A DNA stretch of 63,927 nucleotides, counting the filler, from Candidatus Methanoxibalbensis ujae (GTDB lineage: Archaea > Halobacteriota > Syntropharchaeia > Alkanophagales > Methanospirareceae): assembly GCA_026134085.1 (NCBI GenBank). It is 4 parts of 4 records of this genome, joined end to end, with 100 filler letters (N's around TTAATTAATTAA, not from the genome) between each part and the next. Parts side by side here need not be neighbours in the genome. Positions count along the whole stretch, not along the records: positions 1 to 20,273 come from JAOQIN010000033.1; positions 20,374 to 40,212 come from JAOQIN010000034.1; 2 more parts are not named here. One strand, 5' to 3'. A program made the position numbers and the translations under genes. Below the pieces are notes generated by a model that was not told where the DNA came from, did no database searches, and saw only the letters and a list, made by a program, of their open reading frames with translations. Shown here one piece after another: positions 11,795 to 22,294 of this stretch (within the stretch, counting starts at the first letter, position 1; each line of letters starts with the position of its first letter).

Positions 11795-12535
11795 TTATGG
11801 CACGAAAACAGGCGGTTTCTCCCGCTTATGCCTCGTTCTTTCAATCATTTTCTTCACTTTCTCGACTTCTTCCATGTTGCAATTTGTGAAATTCCAGGAT
11901 TCAATAGCTTTCAAAATTCTGTCCAGGTCATCATAGGACATTCCTATTTCAGATTCGTCTGTCTGACCTCTCCAGAGACCTGCTGAAGGCTTCTTCCTCA
12001 ATATCTCATCGGGAATTCCGAGGAATTCAGCCAGTCTTCGCACTTCTGTTTTGTATAGATTTCCCAACGGAAATATATCAGCGCCGCCGTCCCCGTATTT
12101 TGTGAAATATCCTATCATCAACTCACTTTTGTTAGCAGTTCCTACGACCAGATATCTCAATTTATTTGCGAAATAGTATAAAGTGAGCATGCGCAGTCTC
12201 GGTTTTATGTTTGCAATTGCGATTTCAGCAGGTGGATAAGAGCGAGGGAGGGGCTCAAGCGTTCTCAGTAGCATATCAAAAACATGGGACAGGTCAATTT
12301 CCGTTGTTTTTATTTCAAACATTGAAGCGACGAGGCGGGCATGATCAATATCAATAGGATCGCTCTCGCAGGGCAATATCAATCCCAGAGATGCATCAGG
12401 AAGTGCACGCTTGCATAAAACGGCAGCGACTGAGGAATCCAGGCCGCCGCTCATCCCTATGACAACGCCTTTCGCATCTGCGGATTCCACCTGCTCACTT
12501 ATCCAATCGCTTATCTCATCCGCCAAAACGCCCAT
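11795..12535 (-). CDS. nadE: NH3-dependent NAD+ synthetase
   Basis: SGGLDS, NIKPRLRM, GYFTKYGDGG and PSAGLWRGQTDE motifs. Confidence 0.95.
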   Translation of the reverse strand: MGVLADEISDWISEQVESADAKGVVIGMSGGLDSSVAAVLCKRALPDASLGLILPCESDPIDIDHARLVASMFEIKTTEIDLSHVFDMLLRTLEPLPRSYPPAEIAIANIKPRLRMLTLYYFANKLRYLVVGTANKSELMIGYFTKYGDGGADIFPLGNLYKTEVRRLAEFLGIPDEILRKKPSAGLWRGQTDESEIGMSYDDLDRILKAIESWNFTNCNMEEVEKVKKMIERTRHKREKPPVFVP

Positions 12536-12647
12536 GTCCTTGCCTCTTCCACGCATCTCTCACCCAACACCTCCTCACACAATCACATGAACATGAACAC
12601 TTCAGCACGCCATTCGCCCGTCCCGACACAGCAATTGCATTCGCAAG

Positions 12648-13991
12648 TTATTTCGCAGCCTGCTGAAGGAACCGCAGGAATGCCTTTTCATTTCCGAGAG
12701 CGTGTATGTGAGTGTAAGATGCGAGGGCGTTTCCTCTGAATATCCCATCTCTTCCCCTGTCTATTCCCACACCTTTAATCAATTTATAAGCGAAATCTGC
12801 CGATGCGACATTTACAGTGGAGTAATGGAACTCATGCCCTTTGAACCTCTCACCTTTTTTGAAAAGCAAGCAGTCTTTAACGCAGGCAGCCTCAACATAT
12901 CCGATGGCTTGAAGCCTTTTCATGAGTTTCGCCTCTCCTTTGAAAATTCCGAGCATTTTCCTGCCTGCGAGGCGTTCCACGCAGTAGAGCAATCCTCCAC
13001 ACTCCGCATACAGAGGAGCGCCTCTATTCACGGCGAGAACGAGCTCCTCACGCAGAGATGCGTTCTCTTCAAGATGCGATGCATAAAGCTCCGGGTAGCC
13101 ACCGCCCAGGTAAAATGCATCAGCATCCGGCAGCGCATCACGAATCGGAGAGAACACAACAATTTCAGCACCAAAATCCTGCATCACCTCTAAATTCTCC
13201 GGATAGTAAAAGCAGAACGACTCGTCCATCGCAACACCCACTCTGACGCCCTCAACCTCAACGCCCTCAACAACGCCCTCAACAACCGCTCCTCCGCTTT
13301 CCCTCGCAGCTTCCTTTTCTTCCACACTTATTGCCTCAAGCAAAGCATCAATATCCAAGTTCTCCTCAACGAGATTTGAGAGAGCGTCAAGAACAGAGCG
13401 ATCAATCTCGTGAGACATGTGCAGGCCAAGATGTCTCTCTTCAATTCTCACAGCATCCTCACGAGGAACAGCACCGAACACCCTCGCAACGCCTCTCAAC
13501 GACGCTTCAAGCATCTCTCCATGCTTCTTGCTACCGACATTGTTCAAAATAACGCCTGCAAAACGCAGAGATGGGTCAAAAGTCTTGAATCCGTGAACCA
13601 ATGCGGCGACACTGCCCGCCATTTTTGATGCATCAACAACGAGCACAACGGGAATATTCAACATCTTTGCGATGTGTGCTGTGCTTCCCTTGCCACCAGC
13701 AGCCGAAGAAGCACCATCAAAAAGCCCCATTACACCCTCAACAACATTCACCTCCGATGAATTCTCGCTGAAAGAGCGGATGACCGCATGCTCAGGCATC
13801 ATGAAAGTGTCAAGGTTTCTTGCACTCACTCCCGCAGAAAGCATAAGAAGTGAAGCGTCTATGAAGTCAGGACCCACCTTGAAAGGCTGAACTTCGTAGC
13901 CTCTGCGACGAAAAGCGGAGATGAGACCCATAGATACCGTTGTTTTCCCCACTCCGCTCTCCGTTCCTGCGACGACGCATGCGAATTTCAT
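12648..13991 (-). CDS. cbiA: cobyrinate a,c-diamide synthase family (CbiA/CobB, or CfbB-like)
   Basis: SGVGKTT, FKVGPDFID, EGVMGLFDG, ERHLGL, GGGYPE, AECGG and GHEFHYS motifs. CbiA cannot be separated from CfbB by eye. Confidence 0.85.
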   Translation of the reverse strand: MKFACVVAGTESGVGKTTVSMGLISAFRRRGYEVQPFKVGPDFIDASLLMLSAGVSARNLDTFMMPEHAVIRSFSENSSEVNVVEGVMGLFDGASSAAGGKGSTAHIAKMLNIPVVLVVDASKMAGSVAALVHGFKTFDPSLRFAGVILNNVGSKKHGEMLEASLRGVARVFGAVPREDAVRIEERHLGLHMSHEIDRSVLDALSNLVEENLDIDALLEAISVEEKEAARESGGAVVEGVVEGVEVEGVRVGVAMDESFCFYYPENLEVMQDFGAEIVVFSPIRDALPDADAFYLGGGYPELYASHLEENASLREELVLAVNRGAPLYAECGGLLYCVERLAGRKMLGIFKGEAKLMKRLQAIGYVEAACVKDCLLFKKGERFKGHEFHYSTVNVASADFAYKLIKGVGIDRGRDGIFRGNALASYTHIHALGNEKAFLRFLQQAAK

Positions 13992-14199
13992 CGCAAATAT
14001 ATTATATTTCATCAGTTTTCCGTCTGCAGATATGTGCCCGCGCTCCTTTGGTCGGGCATATGCTCATTTTCTCTTGATCCCTGTATCCATAAGCTCTCCC
14101 CATATCCACAAGCCCAATCAGAAAACAGAATATAGGGCGATGCAGAATATAGGGCGATGCACATACTTTCGTGTAAAAAGAGAATCCTGACTCTTATCG

Positions 14200-14440
14200 C
14201 ATTCTCCACATACACCACAGATATTCACCACAAATATCTTTCCGTCGCCGAATCTTCCTGCAGCCCTCATTATTGCATCTACCACCGCATCAACACTTTC
14301 ATCGCTCACAACTATTTCAATATTTCGGCAGCCTGTCTATCAAACGACCTCTGATGCCTTTCTGCTCCCCTCTTCCTTTCACTTCCCTGTCATTGCGGCG
14401 CATCCCTACCTCATTTCTTCACCTGCTCAAGCCTCTCAGG
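14200..14440 (-). pseudogene. glnK: degraded P-II nitrogen regulatory protein
   Basis: Remnants EVKGRGEQKGI and VDAVVDAIMRAAGRFGDGKIFV, with stops and frameshifts. Boundaries are approximate. Confidence 0.75.
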
Positions 14441-14569
14441 ACGGATTATCGCCTCCTCCTCCCACCTGCTCCTGCACCACTCTACTGCTCCACCGCTTCA
14501 TCACCGCTTCATCACACCTCCCCGCTTCTCCATGCTGCACTGCCTCTCACGCCCACTCCACCTCTTTCC

Positions 14570-14850
14570 TCATGAATAAGCTTCTTCACCGTGCTGTGAG
14601 AAGACCGACACCTCCTCTTCAGAGACACGCAGTCCAACAGTTGCGTCAGTGAGCTCTGCAGGGATGAATGACATGGAAGGCATAAGAAACAGCAGAGGCG
14701 GCGAGCAGTTGAATTGCGAACTGCTGAACGTTGCCATATCATTCACGGCGGTAGTTGCGAATATGCGCCTGCAACGAAGCCTATTAACGAAGCCTATTGT
14801 GATTGAAGAAAGAGGGTCAACGAATCCCGCGACTGCACCGCTCACCATGC
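14570..14850 (-). pseudogene. amt: remnant of ammonium transporter
   Basis: SGAVAG, VDPLSSITIG and C-terminal GLRVSEEEV...SQHGEEAY remnants, directly upstream of the P-II remnant. Confidence 0.7.
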
Positions 14851-14948
14851 AAACCTGAGCAAACGCTATTTCAATTTATTTGAGAACTCAAGAATTCGCA
14901 TTGGGAATGGAAAATATAGGAAGAGAGAAATGAATGTGTGAGTGCGGG

Positions 14949-15548
14949 ATGAACGGAGAAGAAGAGGCGGGAATAGATAGAATCACGAAGGCACCAGAGC
15001 GAATAACGATAGCAATGGACGAGGAAACATTCAACATATTCAAGAAATTGCGCTCAACTCTCAGACTTTCGCAGAGCGGTCTCATGCGAGAGGCTCTTAA
15101 ATTCTATAATAAGAACAGAAAATTATTTGAATCCGTTGAGGAGGATAAAATTCGCACTTATATAGAGATGCTTTCCGCGGGAGAACACATCATTTTGGAC
15201 ATTGACCACTGGCTTTTGTTCTTGAAATTCGTGGAAACTCACCCGGAGCGTGAGAAATTCTGGGAAGCTCACCGGGAGATATGCAGGTCACATGCGGAAC
15301 AGTTCTCGCAGAAGTCCGCGGAGGAGATATTAAGGCGTCTGGAGACGTGTAACTTCTTCAAGCTGAGCAAGATTTCAGAAGCGGAGTTCACACTCGTTTT
15401 GAGCTCTGATGTGCCGAAGAATTTTATAAAGACGGAGATAGAGGGGATATTCACTGCGATGGGCATTCGTGCTGTGGTGAGGGAGGACATTGCGAAGCTT
15501 CGGGTGAGATTGCATGGGAAGAAGGAGAGAGGGGAAGGTGTGAGATAG
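14949..15548 (+). CDS. CopG/ribbon-helix-helix transcriptional regulator with C-terminal domain
   Basis: N-terminal RITIAMDEE...SQSGLMREAL RHH pattern. Divergent from amt-glnK. Confidence 0.75.
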   Translation: MNGEEEAGIDRITKAPERITIAMDEETFNIFKKLRSTLRLSQSGLMREALKFYNKNRKLFESVEEDKIRTYIEMLSAGEHIILDIDHWLLFLKFVETHPEREKFWEAHREICRSHAEQFSQKSAEEILRRLETCNFFKLSKISEAEFTLVLSSDVPKNFIKTEIEGIFTAMGIRAVVREDIAKLRVRLHGKKERGEGVR

Positions 15549-16056
15549 GCCGGATTTTGGTGGGCAATACTCACATTTTACTGACACTTAACAGTGAGAA
15601 GATGCCGCAATAGATGCCACAATATGCGAAGATGCCGTGAGCTGGGCGTGTATGCGGAGCTTTTGATCCGTTGAAGAGCTGAAGAAGGATGTCCGTGAGA
15701 ATTTGGGGAATGTGGGGGAAAGGGATAATCATGCAGACGACGATGATTCTCCGAAATGCTCTTCTGCGGTGCTTAACTCAGGCATTCCCGTGCTCTGCGC
15801 TCAGTTTATTGTCCACATGCGGGCGTGTCCGGAGAGCCTTCAAGAAATTTCGCCTGAGAGGACTTATGGCTATCGCTTTCGCATTCAGTCGCGGCTCCAT
15901 CTCCAACACGCACCATCTCCTTGCCAGCATCAATGAACACACTGGAAAGAAGCATCATTTCCCGAATGACTCCATCAGACACCGATCACAATGGTCCATC
16001 ATCCCTGAGTCAACTGACGCAGACCTCTATCCCCTCGCATCGCCGCGATGAAGCGT

Positions 16057-16899
16057 TCACTGTGTGATGTCATCATCAGCACGCCCTCTGCCGCGAAGAA
16101 TCGCCTTCTCCAATGTGCGTATCATAGCATCAGAGGATGCCACTTCCTCTCTCACATTCAATTTGAACTTTTTTGCAAATTTTTCAACAATCTCAGAATA
16201 TTTCTCATCTTCATAATGAGGATAGACCACTTTCACCACCTGCTTGTAATGTTTTTGCAGTATTTTCAAGACTGCTGCGGTTTCTTCTGCTTTGGAATTT
16301 CCTTCAAGTATAACATGCGGCTCTCCGATTGTTAAAGCACCTGCTGGTATCATGAAGAATGTGCCCCGCTCCTCATCAAGAATGCGCCTCACTTTGTCCC
16401 GTCCGAGAACAATTTCTATGCAGTTGTTGAAATATCCCTCACCGTCTGACGGCATATAAACAGGAATTTTCGCATTGTGTTCCATTCTCTTCAGCGCATC
16501 CCGAATTTCTCTTTCGCTGTTTCCGCACAATCCATAGCCGAGAATGATGAAATCCACAAAATCCTTGATCTCATATACACTCTCCTCTATCTCCTTAAGC
16601 AGTAGATACGGCCTATCATGCGCCCTGATCTCAGTTATGCGAAGTATTGCAACATTATCTCCTCTCACATGCCGTCGTAACTCTGATGATTTTATCACTC
16701 GTGCATTAACACTGAGATTGACATTGAGAAATGACCGCAGCACATTCAGGAAGCGATTGCTCACAAACATCATTCTCATATGAGATGCCCCGTCATCGCC
16801 TGATGGTATGATTATGAACACATCACGTATGCCTGTGTGCCGCAGCATATCCGCAATCTCCGTGCTGAGTATCTCACATGAGATTATTCCCAGGCGCAT
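16057..16899 (-). CDS. DUF1638-like protein
   Basis: GIISCEIL, GYGLCGN and NCIEIVLG motifs. Confidence 0.7.
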   Translation of the reverse strand: MRLGIISCEILSTEIADMLRHTGIRDVFIIIPSGDDGASHMRMMFVSNRFLNVLRSFLNVNLSVNARVIKSSELRRHVRGDNVAILRITEIRAHDRPYLLLKEIEESVYEIKDFVDFIILGYGLCGNSEREIRDALKRMEHNAKIPVYMPSDGEGYFNNCIEIVLGRDKVRRILDEERGTFFMIPAGALTIGEPHVILEGNSKAEETAAVLKILQKHYKQVVKVVYPHYEDEKYSEIVEKFAKKFKLNVREEVASSDAMIRTLEKAILRGRGRADDDITQ

Positions 16900-16929
16900 T
16901 TCTCCGCTAACAGCATTACCTGTTCATCT

Positions 16930-18357
16930 TTACCGGTTCATCTGCAGCATTCTCACTATCTCCTTATCGGTGTCTGCCATTGATCGTGCTATTTCGCCTA
17001 CACGATTCAATGTGACAGTTGCATCCGCGGCGCAACCGATCCCACCGAATTCAACACCTTTCAGCGCGAGCAGCGCACTCTTCGCCGCAGATATCACGGC
17101 AGTTGAGGCCTTAAGCGCACATTTCCGCGATGCACCCTCGCATATTATACCTGTTACATCCGATGCCATGTTGTTTATTGCTGTTTTCACAACATCAGCC
17201 ACTCCGGATGCATCTTCCGCATGATCAACCACTCCCGCCAGATAATATGCGATGCCCGCAGCTACGCCTATTCCCGCTTTTATCGCACAGCCGCATGTGG
17301 CAGATATGTATCCCGATTTCACACACACAAAGTTCGCGATGAGATGAGCCAATGCAAATGCACGCAGAAGCACATCTTCATCATCACCATATGCTCTCTC
17401 CTTTTTCTTCGCCCTTTCCTTCTCTCCCCTCGCTTCTTCCATTGCAGATACATGCCTGTGTAACGCGATAAGCGGAAGACTTGCTGTGAGACCCATGTTT
17501 CCGGAGCCCGCACATGTCATCACTTCCATCGTCTCTCCGGACATCCTGCACTCAACAGCTGTGTGAACCATCTTTGCTGCTTCACCCACCCAGCCACCGA
17601 TGACACCGATGACACCGACGCCGCGCGCACATCCGGCATCTCTCGCAATCTCATACGCGGAAATGTTTGTCTTAAGTGCCTCCTTCAACTTCACCTTCGC
17701 ATTTTCTGGCAGTTTCTCCACAACATGTATGAAATCATCAACACACATTCCCTCAAGTATTCTGAGGTCTTCATCCATCATTGCTATGTCAGAGGCAAAT
17801 ATGGGGTTCCCGTTCACAGATACCGAAACGATTCCCGTGTGCAGATGTTTTGTGACGCATTCGCTCACAGTGCCATCAGACAGTCGCACTCTCGTTCGTA
17901 TGAATATATGATCTTTATCCTCATAAGAAATATGAATTCTGCTGAGAATAGACATCGCCGCTCTCACAATTTCATCATTCAGATAATTGAAGAGCATCAA
18001 TTCAAATTCCGGATCGCAGAAAACGCCGAGTGCAGCAGCGAGGTCTGCGCCGGACTTTCCATCAGTGTGCGGAATCACAGCGTTCATCGCATTCTTGAAA
18101 GTTCCACTGTCCATTAAAACAGATATTTCCTCAATCAAAGCCGCTCTTTCTGCCACGTCTGTTGATCGCGCTGTCTCATCCATCACCGGCATGCTGCGCT
18201 GTGCAGCCCCACCGATGCCGTCAACATTCAGCGATTTTGGCAGCTTTCCGAATATCGCATTGAACGCAACCGATGATGAAAGCGCAATCGCCGCTGGTTC
18301 AGTGCATCCAACTGATTTCTCCATGTGCCTCTCAAAGAATCTCGCTGTGTCAAACAT
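16930..18357 (-). CDS. UPF0597/CyuA (YhaM)-type L-cysteine desulfidase / serine dehydratase alpha-like Fe-S protein
   Basis: GCTEPAAIAL, AGSGNMG, SATCGC and GIICEGASRKCALK motifs. Confidence 0.85.
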   Translation of the reverse strand: MFDTARFFERHMEKSVGCTEPAAIALSSSVAFNAIFGKLPKSLNVDGIGGAAQRSMPVMDETARSTDVAERAALIEEISVLMDSGTFKNAMNAVIPHTDGKSGADLAAALGVFCDPEFELMLFNYLNDEIVRAAMSILSRIHISYEDKDHIFIRTRVRLSDGTVSECVTKHLHTGIVSVSVNGNPIFASDIAMMDEDLRILEGMCVDDFIHVVEKLPENAKVKLKEALKTNISAYEIARDAGCARGVGVIGVIGGWVGEAAKMVHTAVECRMSGETMEVMTCAGSGNMGLTASLPLIALHRHVSAMEEARGEKERAKKKERAYGDDEDVLLRAFALAHLIANFVCVKSGYISATCGCAIKAGIGVAAGIAYYLAGVVDHAEDASGVADVVKTAINNMASDVTGIICEGASRKCALKASTAVISAAKSALLALKGVEFGGIGCAADATVTLNRVGEIARSMADTDKEIVRMLQMNR

Positions 18358-18516
18358 AATCTACAATTGATATCTCATTATAGACTCTGTTCGCCCTTCA
18401 TTTCTCTCTTACAGACGCTCACAGCGCTACAAACGCTCACAACGCCAACGCTCCCGGGCTCGCACAAACAAAGAGCCGAGATTGATTTTGGTCAATGGAG
18501 TATTTATGAACAGAAA

Positions 18517-20016
18517 ATGAATAATGAAAAGAGGGAGCAGGCGAAAAGATATGCGATAATTGCAGCGATATGCGTGTTCAGCACGCAGTTCGGCGTTACA
18601 ATAATTGCACCACTCCTCGGCATATTCGTCTCAGCATCGGAAAATCCATATATCGCATCATCTCTCATATTCGCCGCCTTCACGCTCGTCAGCATGCCGC
18701 TTCAGATTCCCTCGGGTATCCTCTCAGACAGGTTCGGTCGCAGAAAATTCATTGTTGCGGGCCTCATGCTGTATGCCATCGCATCCGCCATTTTCATGTT
18801 TTTCGCTCAGACTTCCGCTCAGATTTCAGCTCAGACTTCCGCTCAGATTTCAGCCCGGACTCTTTCACAAACTCCTGCTAAACTGCCTCAACCGCCTCAA
18901 CTGCACACACATTTGAGCGGATTGATACTTGCGAGAGCGCTTCAGGGAGCGGGTGCGGGATTGTTCTTCCCCGCGATCACAGCATTGCTGACAGAGAAAA
19001 CAAGCGAAAGTGAGAGAGAGGATGTCTTCAGCATATTCAACATCGGACTCGGCGCAGGTCTCACACTCGGCCCCATCGCTGGCGGATACCTCACAAACAC
19101 ACTCGGCATCGCATCTCCCTTCATGCTCTGCATCGCACTCGCAGCCTCAAGCACAGCACTATCCTTACGCTTCTTCACAGATTCCCGTGACAGCAGGGCA
19201 GCAGACAACAGCAGAAAAGAAGGAGGAAAGCATCACAGAAACTGTGATGAAGAAGCCCACAGAGACAGGACATCAGATGAAAAAGAAAATCCACAGGCAA
19301 AGCAGAGGACAATGATGATCTCATGCATCATTATCTTTTTTGGCATAGGCGTCGCTGCGATAATGAGCAGCGTGTTCTCGCCTTTCGCAAAGGAGTATCT
19401 GAATTTCTCAGAAACCTTCATAGGTATCTGCCTGTCGGCAATGCTCGCCGTTTTCTCAATAATGCAACACGCTTTCAGCATGCTGCTCAGAGTGATGGAG
19501 GAAACTCATCTTGCAGAACTCGGCATCATATTATGCGCATCAGGACTTGCAGCCATTGCGTTCATATCAGATCCTCCGCACATCATAGCAGCATCACTCG
19601 TCATTGGTGCGGGCCTCGGCGCAATATCGCTGAGCACACTCACACTCGCTTCAAAAGCTGCAACACAACTGCACCAGTTCACCACAGCAAATGGCGAATG
19701 TGGGAGCGGAGATTATAAGAGCGAAGATCGCAATTCCGGCAGGGATACGCCCCATCGGAAGGAAGACCGCAGCGGAGATTATAAGAGCGAAGATCGCAAT
19801 GAGAAAGGGGATCGCAATCCCGAAAGGAGCGTGGGCGGTGCAATGGGTGTTTATTACACAATGTTCTACGCCGGTCTTGGAATTATTCCTCTTATCTGCG
19901 GCTATATTTCCGAGATTTTCTCTGCAAAAATTGTGTTTCTGCTTTATTCTGCCGTTCTTTTTGCCATCACACCTTCTTTATGGCTCGCTGGGAGGACATG
20001 CTCACGGAGTGCGTGA
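18517..20016 (+). CDS. MFS transporter
   Basis: Motif A (GILSDRFGRR), ARALQGAGAG, about 12 TM helices, with repeat-derived loop insertions. Confidence 0.88.
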   Translation: MNNEKREQAKRYAIIAAICVFSTQFGVTIIAPLLGIFVSASENPYIASSLIFAAFTLVSMPLQIPSGILSDRFGRRKFIVAGLMLYAIASAIFMFFAQTSAQISAQTSAQISARTLSQTPAKLPQPPQLHTHLSGLILARALQGAGAGLFFPAITALLTEKTSESEREDVFSIFNIGLGAGLTLGPIAGGYLTNTLGIASPFMLCIALAASSTALSLRFFTDSRDSRAADNSRKEGGKHHRNCDEEAHRDRTSDEKENPQAKQRTMMISCIIIFFGIGVAAIMSSVFSPFAKEYLNFSETFIGICLSAMLAVFSIMQHAFSMLLRVMEETHLAELGIILCASGLAAIAFISDPPHIIAASLVIGAGLGAISLSTLTLASKAATQLHQFTTANGECGSGDYKSEDRNSGRDTPHRKEDRSGDYKSEDRNEKGDRNPERSVGGAMGVYYTMFYAGLGIIPLICGYISEIFSAKIVFLLYSAVLFAITPSLWLAGRTCSRSA

Positions 20017-20273
20017 TTTTTTGATCGCATGGCATGGTGATTCCTGATACAAATTCACGACGCAACTTTCTCACATAAACAGCGAGGCGTTTAATGCATT
20101 CATCTTTAGCCAAGAAGATAATACTAACACGCACACTTACATCCACTTACATCCACACTGATGCTCACTTTTACGCCCTTTGAATTTCGGCCAGCAGGGG
20201 GAGGATGGCGGGAATTGAACGGAATTGAACCCGAACGACCCACCGCATATTCATTCCTTCTTCGCGGCGGGTG

Positions 20274-20373
20274 NNNNNNNNNNNNNNNNNNNNNNNNNNN
20301 NNNNNNNNNNNNNNNNNTTAATTAATTAANNNNNNNNNNNNNNNNNNNNNNNNNNNNNNNNNNNNNNNNNNNN
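20274..20373. other. artificial contig linker (N-TTAATTAATTAA-N)
   Basis: N-run with a six-frame stop cassette, repeated at 40213 and 60111. Confidence 0.98.
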
Positions 20374-20416
20374 CCGTTCTAATAATAAAAAAGATGCTTT
20401 TTTTTTATTAGAACGG
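20374..20416. repeat. fold-back hairpin at contig end (20-bp stem, one mismatch, 3-nt loop)
   Basis: CCGTTCTAATAATAAAAAAG-ATG-CTTTTTTTTTATTAGAACGG. Confidence 0.9.
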
Positions 20417-20449
20417 TTAAAGATTTAGGTATGTTTTAGGTTTTTAACG

Positions 20450-20484
20450 AAAGCGGAAGAAAAATGACGGATATGTGTGTATAA
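20450..20484 (+). repeat. degenerate half-copy of the 54-bp viral repeat arm
   Basis: AAAGCGGAAGAAAAATGACGGATATGTGTGTATA compared with AAAGCGGAACAAAAATCACGGACATGTGTATATA at 26052. Confidence 0.7.
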
Positions 20485-20658
20485 CGGATAAAGGCATGGA
20501 TTTTATGGCAGATTTTGGGGTTGATAAGAAAGTAAAAAATTAAGATTTATTTAAACTTAATATTTAAAGCTTTATGGTTTTTGAAAAATAGAAAGGTTTT
20601 TTAAATGCTTAAAGGAATAGGGTTATTGTAAAGCGGTAAACGGATAGAGGGGTGATGT

Positions 20659-20988
20659 GTGATGAAGGTGTCGGAAATAGCCGAACGGATAAGAGAAGTA
20701 GTGGAAGTGGATAAGGCATATGTGGAGACGGCACTGGTTGTATTGAGGAAGGTGGAGGAAGTGCTTGACATCAATAATGAAGCGGAGAAGGTGGCAAAGG
20801 AAGTGATGCGCTTGGTGGAAAAAGGTGTGCTTAACGAGAAGGAGGCAAAGGCAATTCTTGCACGGAATAAAAAGATAAACGGTGAAAAAAAGAGAATAGA
20901 GGTAAATCCAGAGGAAGTCAGATCTATCCAGTTCGTGCGAGGAATGGTGAGGAAGACAACAGAGCTATTGGAGGAGTTGAAGAGGTGA
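20659..20988 (+). CDS. viral hypothetical protein (helical, charged)
   Basis: First ORF after an AT-rich promoter region, with GGGGTGA RBS. Confidence 0.75.
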   Translation: MMKVSEIAERIREVVEVDKAYVETALVVLRKVEEVLDINNEAEKVAKEVMRLVEKGVLNEKEAKAILARNKKINGEKKRIEVNPEEVRSIQFVRGMVRKTTELLEELKR

Positions 20989-21019
20989 GCTTATTATAAG
21001 CTCACTTCCTTATTTTTTT
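20985..21019 (+). terminator. hairpin plus T-tract
   Basis: GTGAGCTTAT-T-ATAAGCTCAC followed by TTCCTTATTTTTTT. Confidence 0.45.
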
Positions 21020-21041
21020 ATTAGTAGGAGGTGAGTGATAT

Positions 21042-21350
21042 ATGTTAATAACAGGTAAGACAGGACAGTTTCTAACGCTGGAGTATGCAGATGATGTCGG
21101 TATTATAATGTATATAACAATATCTACAAAGAAGGGAGAGAAAGATAAAATAACTATAATGATGCGCACAATATCTACAATTGAAACAGAAGTTATAGTG
21201 GCGGAGAAATTAATAAAAGAAGACGATGATGAAATAGTGATTTCTGTGAAGAATATTCGGAGATTGTTAAGAGCACTCAAAAAGTTTCAGAATGAGGATG
21301 ATGTGATGAGAGGCTATGAGATAATGCGCCTGATCCTAAAAGGGAGGTGA
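21042..21350 (+). CDS. viral hypothetical protein
   Basis: GGAGGTGA RBS, in operon. Confidence 0.75.
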   Translation: MLITGKTGQFLTLEYADDVGIIMYITISTKKGEKDKITIMMRTISTIETEVIVAEKLIKEDDDEIVISVKNIRRLLRALKKFQNEDDVMRGYEIMRLILKGR

Positions 21351-21356
21351 TGAGAA

Positions 21357-21644
21357 ATGGCGTGGCTGTTGGTTAGAGAATGGAGTGGACTGTGTGCGTA
21401 TAGAGTGGATAGAGCAGATAAAATAGGAGTGGTGATAAAGCGGGCAACAGAGGAGGAACTGAGTATATGCCTGAAGATAAAATTCTGCGATACAGAGGAT
21501 TGCGTGGAGATCGGAACAGTGAGAGATGAAGAAGCAGACATAACGGATGAGAAGCAGGAATTTCTGATGAAATATCTGCTATACTATCAGGATGGTGTAA
21601 TAGAAGCGGAGAAGTTGGTAAGTGCATTTATTAAGAAGAAGTGA
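21357..21644 (+). CDS. viral hypothetical protein
   Basis: GGAGGTGA RBS, in operon. Confidence 0.75.
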   Translation: MAWLLVREWSGLCAYRVDRADKIGVVIKRATEEELSICLKIKFCDTEDCVEIGTVRDEEADITDEKQEFLMKYLLYYQDGVIEAEKLVSAFIKKK

Positions 21645-21655
21645 GGTGATGTGAA

Positions 21656-22294
21656 GTGGCGAGAAAGAAAGGAATAAAGGAGGTTTTAGATGAAATTCTG
21701 GCAGAAGAGGCAAAGGTGGATATAAGTGATTTAACGGAGGAAGAAACGGAAGAAGAAACGGAGGAAGAAGCGGAAGAAGAAACGGAGGAAGAAACGAGGA
21801 AAGAGGAAAGTATAGTGCTTAAAAGGAGATCGCAGCGAGAGTATAACGGAGAAGCCGATAAAAATAGGATTGATGAGTATAACGGAAAAACTGATGAAGA
21901 AACTGAGGAAGAAGATGAAGGCATTGAACTTGAGGTTAGAGATGGTAGGGAGTTGGAAGACGGACTTTATGAAGCAGTGTTGAAGGCAGTTGAACTCATA
22001 CATACGAGATTCGGAGAAGCATTGAGGTGGGTCTTTGAACTCACAGATGAAGGAGTGGAAGGTGTAAATGTCACGGGACTGACTACATTGAGAGTATCAC
22101 GGCTGTCAAAAGCGGGAAAGTGGATTGAGTCGTTGGAGAAAGGAGCGCTAAATGGGTCAAGGAAGATAAACACGAGAAAGTTGATCGGCAAGAAGTGCAT
22201 CGTTGAGATAATGATGCGTGAAACAGAATATGGAGTGAAGCTGGCAAACGTAGTAGATGTTAAACCAGTGAGACATTCGCAAGTGAGGAGGTGA
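21656..22294 (+). CDS. acidic N-terminus plus DUF669-like OB-fold, putative ssDNA-binding protein
   Basis: E/T-rich repeats, then LEDGLYEAVL...LRWVFEL...KLIGKKCIVEI...ANVVDVKP, the pattern of DUF669-type phage proteins. Confidence 0.6.
   Translation: MARKKGIKEVLDEILAEEAKVDISDLTEEETEEETEEEAEEETEEETRKEESIVLKRRSQREYNGEADKNRIDEYNGKTDEETEEEDEGIELEVRDGRELEDGLYEAVLKAVELIHTRFGEALRWVFELTDEGVEGVNVTGLTTLRVSRLSKAGKWIESLEKGALNGSRKINTRKLIGKKCIVEIMMRETEYGVKLANVVDVKPVRHSQVRR

Noticed and set aside
6279..19861. Numerous antisense or overlapping ORFs (e.g. 7891-8565, 9971-10531, 17563-18117)
   Set aside because: Shadow ORFs opposite well-supported genes, with no motifs or RBS.
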